From Tubiluchus corallicola (taxonomy: Eukaryota; Animalia; Priapulida), in the NCBI GenBank assembly GCA_030141605.1, contig JAQGDQ010002371.1:310001-374000 (forward strand): DNA of 64,000 nucleotides, read 5' to 3'. The position numbers and the translations under genes are program-made. Shown here one piece after another: positions 13,880 to 24,900 of the stretch. The notes under the pieces are model-generated. The model did not search any database. It had not been told where the DNA came from and saw only the letters and a list, made by a program, of their open reading frames with translations. Each line of letters starts with the position of its first letter. Within the stretch, counting starts at the first letter, position 1.

Positions 13880-14765
13880 TGCCACATCCGGCCAGATACA
13901 TTCATTCCAAAGTACAAAATTACCATAGTGTTAGAGGTATATGGACCTCTCATGTATAGGTTTTATTTGTTAGCTTTGTCTTGTACATTAATTATATTAT
14001 TAACGTAAATTAATTAATTACGTAATTAAGTAATTATATTAGTTGTGTTATAACAATGTCGTTATTATCTGTGATAAGTAAGTACTTTTAGTGTGTCGTA
14101 ACAAACTTGTTTTTCGTTTTCTGCTGCGTCCGTCGCGACTTAGTAATTTAGCAAACAACACAACCCCAAGACAACAGATGTTTGCGAGATATTAGCAGAT
14201 ACGTGCCGTAAGAAACTTTCTGCGCACCCCAGGTGTTATGCATTGGGAATTTTCCCAGACCTGCGTTATTTCTTGGATAAACTCTGTGCTGAAAACATCT
14301 ACCTCTCTCTTGAAGCAGCTGACTTCTTATTGTAATTGGTGTTCTGGACTTGATATGGTTGTCTATGAAGAACATATACGGTCTGGATGGATGATGGGTA
14401 TTGGTAGCCATTTTGTTGAAGTTGTTAGTAAAGTTTATGGGACACAGCTGTCGTGTGTTGGTGCTAGAACATTATACCTAGTGGACTGTCAAACATTTGT
14501 TCGTTATTGGTGCGCAATAAAATTTTCCTTGCAAGTCACACAGCGGAAGGACGCTGCTTCAATACAGATCAGTTGGCCTACCGTTAACAGTAGTGTAACA
14601 GTATATTAATTCGATATAAGCCTGTATCTTTTCTTGTTAAATTTGTACTGTTAATTAATAGACTAAAGTGGTTTATCATTCAGCTATAATTCCGTGTAGC
14701 TGTTTGAGTTTGAGGTTATTTTATCATGTTACGTGATAACTTGCGGTGCTAACACGTAATAGGAT
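13880..14765 (+). mobile_element. Possible decayed LTR with adjacent PBS-like sequence
   Basis: Begins TGCCACA and ends GTGATA (imperfect TG..CA-type termini), followed by GCGGTGCTAACACGTAATAGGAT resembling a Gypsy PBS. No gag/pol sequence is seen. Confidence 0.25.
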
Positions 14766-15570
14766 TGTAGTCCATTTTTGATAGTCTCTGTTTGATTTAG
14801 GATGACATTGGATTAAGTTGTATTGTGTTCTTTCCGGTTTTTAACAGCTGACGAATGTGACATTTTCGTTGGTTTTAGTACTATGTAAAGCAGTATGAAA
14901 AAGTTGAGTTTAATGGATTGAATTTGACTTGATGTGCAGTAGAGCGGTGGTTTAATGTAGATAACATTATTTGCTTTGCTGTTCAATTGGTGTAACTATT
15001 ATGGTATACTATTGGAATAAAAAATTATGGCGTAGTTTGGAATTGAGCGTTCTGGTTTTGTGTGGTGATGTTCGGAATATAATAATAATAATAAGACTTA
15101 CAGATTTCTCTGAATTGTGCCAGAAGGAAACAGATGCCACAGTGCAATAATACATTTTTCCTGCCTTGTGAAACGCGCCAAATACTCCCACCTACAAAGT
15201 CCAGTGAACTGAAGCCACGTAGCAGGAATAGTAAATTACGAATAGTAGCTGCTGATAACATAACCAACGACGAGTATCTAATATTAACTAAAACATGTTA
15301 ACAATGATTTAATAGTCTCAGTTATTTATTTCTCCTTTATTTATAATCAGCATGCTGCTGTATACAAAAACAAATAATAAATTTGACTGGATTGAATAAA
15401 TTTCAGTTTAAATTCATGATGAGTAATATCGTTTTCTAACAAGTTTTTGAAATTACAAGATTACGTAGTTAAGATAACAACAGAAAGTTTCCTATAAAAA
15501 CTCTAAAGCTTTGTCCACTCGTACAATCCAATATTGGTACCTACGTAACCACCTTATCCCTCTTGATCTT

Positions 15571-15960
15571 TTAGAAAAACATTGAAAAGTGACATTTTGC
15601 TCTCCACTGACTAAACCGTAACGTGTTGTACATGTAAATAACGACCAGAGGAAATCGTGTAGATATGTAACTCTCGGGGTCTCTTATAATCGTTTGTGCC
15701 ACGCTGCTTAAACCATTGTAGTACTTAATCAGGTTTCTGCCAAATCGAATGAAATCAGCAAATGTATTCCTATAAGGCATCGTTGTTCCAGGGATTTCTT
15801 GCCAGAGGCAGTTGTTTACCATTTGTGTCCAATTTCCACAGGTCGACCTAGCAAACGCTTGCTCAAGTTCGAGAGGTACCAGATCTCCACTGCCTTTGCA
15901 TCGTTTCATTTCTTGACACAACGCCCCGAGAAAGCGATTGCGTTGTTTAGTAGTCCAGAA
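15571..15960 (-). other. KEN (kinase-extension nuclease) domain
   Basis: Follows HPYFW directly: WTTKQRNRFL...W...YRNTFADFIRFGRNLIKYY...DPESYISTRFPLVVIYMY. Confidence 0.8.
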
Positions 15961-18900
15961 ATAAGGATGCGCTAGAACTTGTGCTATCGTTGGCCTGTCC
16001 ATAGGGTTTCGCTGCAACATCCAAATCACCATATCATTGTATTCCGCATTTATGAACCTCAGAAATGGCGTTCCCGCATTAACATTCGCCTCGCATTCTA
16101 AACAATTGCTACCAAATGGATGTTCTCCACCGGTTAGAATAAAGTACGAAAGCATTCCTGAGATGAAGACGTCCGATTTTGCACTGTAGTTGGCAACTGG
16201 CTCGGCGATTCTAATACATTCCGGGGGCTTCCAGTAGTTACTGTTCGACCACACTTCGTCTGAAACAGTTGAGTTGTCTGACTGAAGAAAAAGGCTAATT
16301 CCAGTGTCTGCCAACCGTAACATACCTGACTCGTCAAGTAGGACATTGCTAGGCTTCAAACCACCATGGAGTATAGGACCTGGCTTTTGTGAATGTAGAT
16401 AACTTACACCTCGGAAAAGCTGGTAAACCAAGATCTTGTTAAAATTCTCACTGCACGGTTTCTGCCTTATAGCTTGCAAATAGCTATATAAGTTATACTC
16501 ACACAACTCCATGGGCAAAAAACCTCCTTCTCTGGTTTCCAAAAGACCCTAATAAAAAATAAATTATTAAAATTTAGATTAAAATAAAAAACGCGTTAAG
16601 ATAAAAAAAACTTCTAACGCCACTTCTTACATCTATCTTCAGGATGTGTTGATCATTTAAGCTCCATAAACGAAATCTGGACACGATGTTTCGAAACTGT
16701 TGAAGTTTGTTCTTGCAAATGAACTTCAATGCTAACTCGGTTCCATCTTCATTAATGCCAAGCAAAACGCCACCTCCGTCAACTGATCTAAAAAAAGTTA
16801 ATTTTTTGCAGCTGTAATGTAACCGTTCCAGAAACTTCCTGAACATGTAGTGGTTCGAGATTTGATCTCAAAAAGATGCAGCTCAAAAATTATATTTACC
16901 TCTTTCCAATAAAGAACTCATCGGAGTAACAAAATCGTATGGTTCCCTTCGTGATTAGATCACTGGCATGCATTGAGGCTAACTTTCTAAATTTGTCATT
17001 CCAACGCTTGCTACGACTCTTCCAGTTTCCATTGGAAATGCTACCGTCACAATTGTGCAAGTCTTTCTGAAACAGCATTTCTCCAGGAGTGCTCATCTGT
17101 ACGCCTTGTCTTTGGCTAGCATGGACCAGGTTATCTACTGCAGGTTCTGTTGATATACTAATTAAGGAACTAGAGGACATGCAATCAGTATCGTCAAAAT
17201 CATTTTGTTGAATGTTATTGTACCTGTCACCGTTGTAGGTACTATTTGGTGGTCTGAGATTTCCTATATTCCATTGTTGCAAATCATACCCACGACCATA
17301 ACTACTTGTGGCTTGTGACATGGAAAGATTTACATCTGATGCGTGTGAAACAGCTTCATTAAATCCCACCGAATTTGTGCTGCTAGAAGAAGATGTGAAA
17401 TTGAATCCATTATCCTGCTGTGCAAATATTTCTGCGGGTGTAGACATCTGAGGAAGCACTTGAGCAGTTGGTTTCTGTTTGACTGTTGGACATTCGTTTT
17501 TCCTCATTTCAACCACAACGTCAGCATTTTTTGGTAAGTACACCAGATGATTCCTATTGGTTGAGGATAAAACACCTGGTTGACGAAATGGTTTTTCTGA
17601 TTGAGGCACGGTTATAGTTTCCTGCTGAAATTCAATTCCTGGTGGAGGAATTACCATAGGAGCATTGCCACTGGAAAGTGGCATGTGATTTTTGTTCCAA
17701 GGAGGCATTGAACCAGGAAAATTGCTCCAGAGTTGCTGAATAGCAACCTGAGGCAGTGTTGGAAAAAAACCAGGGGGTGGGGGCATCCTCCAGTATTGAA
17801 CAAAAGGCGGTGGTCTAACCATGTGATTAATACCTGGTGGACATGGGATTTGACATTGGTTACTAAGATTGGGATTGTCATGTGGCACTGTACTGACATT
17901 GCATCCCACAGAAGTGGAATTTGAGTTTAGCAATGTTTCCTGCCAGTTAAAATTACTTTGTGCAGCCAGAGGAACAAGAGACTGGATTATGTTGTGAGAA
18001 TTACTTTCGGAACATGTAGAACACCATTCTGGCCCAGACGGCAGATTCTGAATTTTTGAAGTGCAAGCCTGAAAGCTTTCGGATGGTTTGGATGATAACC
18101 CTGCTTCATTGGAAGATGTAGGTGTTGTATCGGCATTTCTAAGAACAATTTGACTGCCTGTGTTTTTGTTTGAGCAGTTTTCTTCACTGGTTGATAATTC
18201 TGGTGTTCTAACGTGATTTAGTGATGATTCCAACTCCCTATCTATCTGATCATAATTAAAACTTGAGCTGTCACTCAAATTTTGACTTTCATCACTATTT
18301 GTGTTTGTGAGTGATTTCCCAACACTTACAGTTCTTTCTGGAGATTGAACTGTAGATGTTTGCCCCGAAATATCAGACTCATTTGATTCTACTGAAAAAG
18401 ATTCATCAGATTGTGTCAAAGGTTGTATTAAGCAAGACTGTGAACGAGCAGTAACAACTTCTTGAATCCAATTGTTGATCATTCCCCTTTTTATTTCATC
18501 TCTAACGGGATCTTTTTCTGGTGAAACAGCCATATTGTTAACTGAAGAACGAGACAATATGTGTGACTCAGAACTTTTGAAAATTTTCAATAAAGGGCGT
18601 GACCAGTGATCATCAAAGCCATCAAGTGTTTTCCATACGTTGGTAATATCAGCTTGTGTAATGTTGGCATTATCATTTGCTATGTGAATTACATCAGATT
18701 GTATACCCTGGTTCACGTCAGATACGACTGGCATTTGCTGGTTCTCAAAAACCACTGTTTCTGAGGATTTTGGTGTAATTTCATTTTTTGGCGTGTCGGC
18801 TTCCACATGTTCACAGGAAATATTATTATTATTAACACTTATAATTTCAGTATTTTCTTCATATTTCACAATCCCATTATCTTGCTTGTCCTCTTCCAGT

Positions 18901-21900
18901 TTTTTTGCTTTTAATTGCCTTGGGAGGAACTCAGCACAATCGTCTTCAGTACCATTATCATTGTCATTCCACTGAACAACTTCAGATGGCAAATTGATTC
19001 TATATGACGTAGTATTTTGATTCACAGGTTCAATTTCATCTTTGTTGGAGATCAGGTGCAAGGTAAAAATAAAATCCAAACACAAAATTTCTTTTACGTT
19101 AGCTAATGTTAGTAATTGGTTACAACTGCATTCCTCATTGTCATGATCATGGTCGTTACCGCTTTCATTGTTTTCATTAGTGTTGAATAAGCTTTCCAAA
19201 ATTGACGTGTCATTACTGCTGCCATCTGTTAAAGGATCGTCGCCTTCTGATTCATCATTTGCAGTGTAATAACTTTCAGACGTCGATGTTGTAGATGTTG
19301 CATTTTCCACAATGACTTTATCAGCATGCTTTTCCTTTCTATCACAGAGATGATTCGCAAAGTCACTGCTTGTTGTAATCTGTGATGATTCGTTGTTTCT
19401 ATATGAATTATCGTCAGTGAAATGTTCCTTTTGCTGTAATTCACTGGAATGGTCTTCCGTCATTGTCTTATTAGTTTCTTCACTGCTGATGTGAACATTC
19501 TTATCTGAATTACTTGTAGTTTTTTTAAATGTCTTCTGAGGACTTACTGGTGCTGATTTTGCTACACATTTTCCGTTTGGCAAATCCAGTCTTTTTCTTG
19601 ATGGCACATCATTAACGTCATAGTACATGCCAACTGGTTGTTGCTGAGTTGTCTGCTCCCAAACGAAGAGTTGCTTGCTTCCATAATCAGAGTGTGTACG
19701 GTGTTTGGTAGGCGTTGTTTTGGTTTGAGTTTCTCGTGGCTTGCTTGATTCACCCTGCCCTTTTACTCCTGTTTTTGGTTTTATTACATTACCTGGTTTA
19801 ATTACTTTTGATACTTCATTCTGCGCTTTTTGTGGACTACATGTGCTCTTGTTATCCTGTGACATAGCTAAAAAGGTAGAAGATGGATGTTTTGCTTCTG
19901 CATGTTGCAAAGCAGTTGCGGTTTTCTCTGTAGCAGTCCACTTTATGAAATCCTCTATCTCGATTCTGCTTATTTTCACGTTTTTTGGTAGCAGGTAGTC
20001 AGAATCTGTAAAAGCAAGCCAAGGGTTTAATTCTTCTTCTGAATTTTTTATATGCTTTGTCTTTTTCTTTGCTTTTTCCACAACCTCAAATCTATCACCA
20101 ACATCAACCGGATAAGCAAAACCATGATTTAAACCCTTCGTGTAATCATCATAAATAGTTTCATCAGTAGATGATTTGGAATTTTTGTCCTTATCTCCCT
20201 TGAGCTTTTTATCTTCCCATAATTTCTCAACCTCAATTGTTCCGTCTTGGCCATGTTTAAGCTTACATTGAGATTGTTTTGGTTTCTTCTTGATTTTGGA
20301 CATCTTATCTGTGGCACTGTCTTCGTTATAAGGACTTGTTGTTTCTGATTTTTTGACATCTGGGGATTTATTTTTTGCCTCAAGCTGATTATGCGGCATT
20401 TCGTTTACGTCATCACTGTCTCCTTCATTTCCTAATCTTCCATTCGATCTAGTGGAGCTGTAACTGCCATCTAGTTTTTTTGAATTTTCTCGGTGACGTC
20501 GCTTTTTTTCACGCTTCCTGGCTTTTCTGGCCTTATCGCGCTCTTCGGATTTTAATAACTCGTTCTCATGAACAGCAGCCAATTGTTGCTCGACTTCGTT
20601 AAACTTTGCTTCAAAGGCTTCCCACAGCCTCTTAATGTGTGCCTTTTCATCTTCTTTGTGTGAAATGCAATACATTCGTTCAAAAGTCGTAAGAAATGGT
20701 TTCAACTTGTGATAGTTGTTCTGGAGCCACTTGAAACCTTCTGGTGCATCGCAGAGAGCAACTACTATCACGAGGCTGGTCACCAGGACTTGAAGATTTT
20801 CCATGTGACCCTTTGAGTATTTTACAGCTACTTTGATAAAAAATTCCAGTTTAGATTTGTCTATCAGGTAAGATGCAAAACGATTGTCTATCGTATTGTC
20901 TTCATTAAGGATCAGCTCTTTGCAGAATGTGCAAGATGCCAGAACAATTTCTTCTTGTGTCATGAACCTTTGGATGACCTGTATAGTAGCATCCAGTGTT
21001 TCGTATTCATCCATGTGATGTTTTACGTCTGGACTTCTTTTTAAAACGGCCGTCAGGCTTGGATAAAGATACTCCGTGTAAAACCGTGAAGCGCTGCGTG
21101 CTTTTGGATCTAACATTCTCTCTGTTCTATTCTGAAAATGTAAAGCTTTATAAGAAACGACTTAGACAAAAAAGTGTGAACTTCTCTTTGAAACTGCAGG
21201 CTGAAATGTTGTGGATGCGGATGACCACACTACTTTTCGCCATTCACCCAATGCAATATTTCATTTCAAACACACTGCAGCGGAGCCTACTTCTTTGCTT
21301 GTAGAAGACCGAAAGCAGCGTAGTGAACGACACTTCAGGCTGCAGTTCAAAGCAGAGGTTAAGTTTTAATTGACATAACTGTATGGCTTCGTTTGCAAAA
21401 GATAGGCAGTCATAGGTCTGATCTGAAATACTGGTGCGCCGTAAAGCAAGTAGCTCGTACGGAAAATGGAATTTACTACCAAGCAAGGACTATAACAAGT
21501 GACCAAGTGTTGAACAAATCAGAACGGATCTTTCTTCACTAGAGAAAGAAGAAAAGAGAAGGAGAAACATAGCGATGTGCAGCACAGTACCCACAGTTAA
21601 TTAGTGCTTAAAAATGTATTTTGTTCACTATTTTAAAAACAACTAAATGGTATTTGTTTTAGTTATACGTAAAAAACAACTAGCTAGTCCAAAACTGACA
21701 TCCACTTTTTCATTGTTTTATTTGTTTTTTCGACGCTGCGTCAGGAAATGATAACCAATTTGAGCATTTTTATGAATTAACCGCATTATTTTTGAAAAGC
21801 TAATTAGCTGCTTTTTAGTAATATAGAGACGTGTCTTAAAAGTGAAAGTTTAATAACCAACAAAATTTCGTTCTTACCTTAATGTAAACTGATATACATG

Positions 21901-24900
21901 TGTTACAATCTTTTGGACTGCATTTGCATTCTTTCCATAGCGTTTCCTTCATCTTTGGTACTTTACTGACCAATGCCAGGCAAACAGGGGTAATCCCAGC
22001 CTAAAAATATCAGAAACATAAATTGTGTATGCAAAAACTAATTACCCTTATCAATGACCAACATTCATATATGGCAAATGCAATGGCTACATACGACAAA
22101 TACACTTTTTTCTCATTTATAGCAAAACATTAAAACAAACAAGCAAATGTGCAAACAATTAAACAAACAAATAAACAAACATATATAAACAAATTACAAC
22201 CACAAATGAAAACAGATTTGGCATCACTTCTGACATTTGGGGCTAGGCGACCGAGATTTTAGCAGAGCCTCATAGGCTAGGTTAAAGTCTTTGGCCTGTT
22301 AATAGCGTTCATTATTGACACAAACGCAAATTATACGTGTAGTAAAAAAACTTGAAGCCATTGCGTGAGCTTGCGCGTTACAACAAAATTGGTAAGTACT
22401 TAGTACTAGTTATTGGTACCTTATTTTCCAGAAGAGCGTTACATTTAGCTTCAAGTAGCTTAAGCAGTACTGCTGGATAGCCGTTTTCTGCCGCTAGATG
22501 GAGTGCGGAATTACCATCGGCGTACCGCTGCAAGTTTTTAAATTTGTTCACATTGGGTCGTTTAAGAAGAAAATCAACACAGCTTTCCCAGCCTCTTTCA
22601 GCAGCTATAATGAGTACTGTTTCACCTAGCTAAAGCAAAATGTATGATTCAGAATTGTAGCTTGGTTGCTAACACATAGGTTTTCGTATCGACGTAAACA
22701 ATTGTTTGCAAGGTCTTGCTACATAATTACTGTTTATTTGTTTGCAACCTTACCAAGCAAGAATAGCATAAGGAAATTTAAACAAAACAAACGCCCTGCT
22801 ATTCATCATGCACTATTAAAAATTAATGAACAGCTAATAAATATTCGCGCTGGTGACTCAGCTAAAAGAGCCCATTTATAGCTAGTGCGGAAATGGCGCG
22901 CTGTCACTAAAACAATGAATTATTAACAAAAAGCGACTACATAAATTATATTTTGCAAATGCATGAGTGCAGAACTTTTCGTGAGTGACTGTACGTAAGC
23001 CATACAGGAAAACATAGGAAACTGTGGTAGTACGTCGACGATTATGGTGCCTTGACGATCTGCTCTTTTTGAATTACATGTAGTTAGTAGTGAAAATTTG
23101 TCCAATAATTAAAAATACTTTGTGTTATCCGAATATACTTTAAACATTCATTTACGCTCTTGCTTTTAATTGTCGAAATGTCTGATAATAACTTTTTGCT
23201 TCACTTCTTTGCCGAAGTCTTATTTCTTTGATTTCACTTCCCCTTTGCAGCACATGCTAAAACAAAGCCCGTTTCCTTACTTAGACTTTTTTATTCAGTT
23301 TAGCACTCTGCAAGCCAGGATCCAGCATTCATTGACAGATCTTACTTAATGTAGCTGCCGTGGTAAGACCAGAACCTATTTTATTGTGAAGGGTAATTCT
23401 CTAAGATATCTTTGTCAACATTGGTTCTACATATAATACGTCCTGCTTCAACAAAACAAATGATTCATGGGCAGCGTTGTAGATGAGACCGCCCAAAGGC
23501 AGTATTTCAGGTAGTCACGCACTTAGTTGCCGACCAAAATCAACGCCAAACACACGGGCAATTCTCCCTCAAAACACAACAGTGATTATTACACACACAG
23601 TAATCAATAAACAAATCCGCATGTTATCAGTAGTATCACTTTACAAGTGTATGATAAATGCTTGTGAAACTGAATCCATAACCTCTTATATGACAAGCAC
23701 ATCCGATATTACCATATAAGAAACTCTGGCCCATACACGAAAACAGTCCATTTATGGCATTCTAGTCCTATAATCTTAATTTTTTGTTTCTTTATATTAG
23801 TTCATAAAAACTGACGTCGATGGTAAATCACTATTTAATAAAAGAGAAGATAAAAGAAAAGATTAAAGTTTATTAAATACCACAACTAAATACGATGCAA
23901 CAGGGTTGCTCTCTTTTCTCGTTCGCCTGCCAATATCGTGTCTGCCAATATAGCCTGCTAATTCGCCTGCCAATAATCTAACCCATCAACATGAGCAATA
24001 GTGCTGCCCAGCATGCGTGCAACAATAGCAAAGCATATATTTCAAAGGTAGAGATGATGTTGTACCTTGGTTAGATATCAAAGGTGAAACGATGGCAAAT
24101 TAAAAAAAAACAATTATGCTAGGATGGAAGTCAACCGATATACCTAAAACGGAACCTGGGTATTGAAGACTTGAATATCCTTCACTTGTGGGTAATACTT
24201 TCTTTCATTGCCTGACACCTAGAACTTTTTTATTGAAACATGTAATAATACTTCGAATTTGATAGCTAGTTCTAGGAATGGAATTACGGGAATGGTTTAC
24301 CTTATTAGCGTAGCTAAAATCAATGTGGGGTTCATGGTTAATCAGCAGTGAAAAATTGGCCGCATTTCCATTCTTTGTAGCCATCATGATCGCGTTGGAA
24401 CCATCCTATAAAATGGAAAAAATGAAAAAAAACATTCTAGTAACAAATTTCATGTTAATTAAAAGAAATTTGTTGACTAACCAATAAAAATACGTGCTCG
24501 AGCAACTGTGTTACATAAAGGCCGAACAAAAGCGTGGACAGATAAGCGAACAATTAATTTCACAAAAACAAATCTATAAAGAAATTAACTAATGCATTAA
24601 TGAACGATCGACAAATAAATGATTAAAGAATTAACAATAGACAGAACATAACTCGCATAAACAATTGATAGAATGGCTAAACTTAAACAGCAAACAAATT
24701 AAAAAGTGAACCGACAAATCGCTGCCCAGCAGATGTTCCATTAAGAAGGTGAAAAAGTATACGAAAGCAAGAGTTGGGCAAACTATCAAATGAAAAAAGG
24801 ATAGACACAGACAGAAAAAAATGGCTAGACAAATATTCAAATTTCTTTTGCTGCCAAAATTAACTTACCAAAGACGTGGCATTTACGTCAGCTCCAGCTT

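Noticed and set aside
15571-16787. Calling the kinase-KEN gene IRE1/ERN1
   Set aside because: No signal peptide, luminal domain or transmembrane helix. It has ankyrin repeats, a dead catalytic loop and an RNase L-type leader. The symbol RNASEL was also withheld because orthology is untested.
17651-20383. Short overlapping and antisense ORFs within the large exon
   Set aside because: Alternative-frame shadows of the 1406-aa ORF with no recognisable motifs.
21244-21486. 80-aa ORF as an additional coding exon
   Set aside because: Exon 6 splices in frame directly to 21131. The nearby acceptor opens onto a stop codon, and the ORF has no recognisable motif.
23346-23442. AG...GTAAG-bounded pseudo-exon in intron 4 of the RNase L-like gene
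   Set aside because: Stops in all three frames and a weak pyrimidine tract; likely chance.
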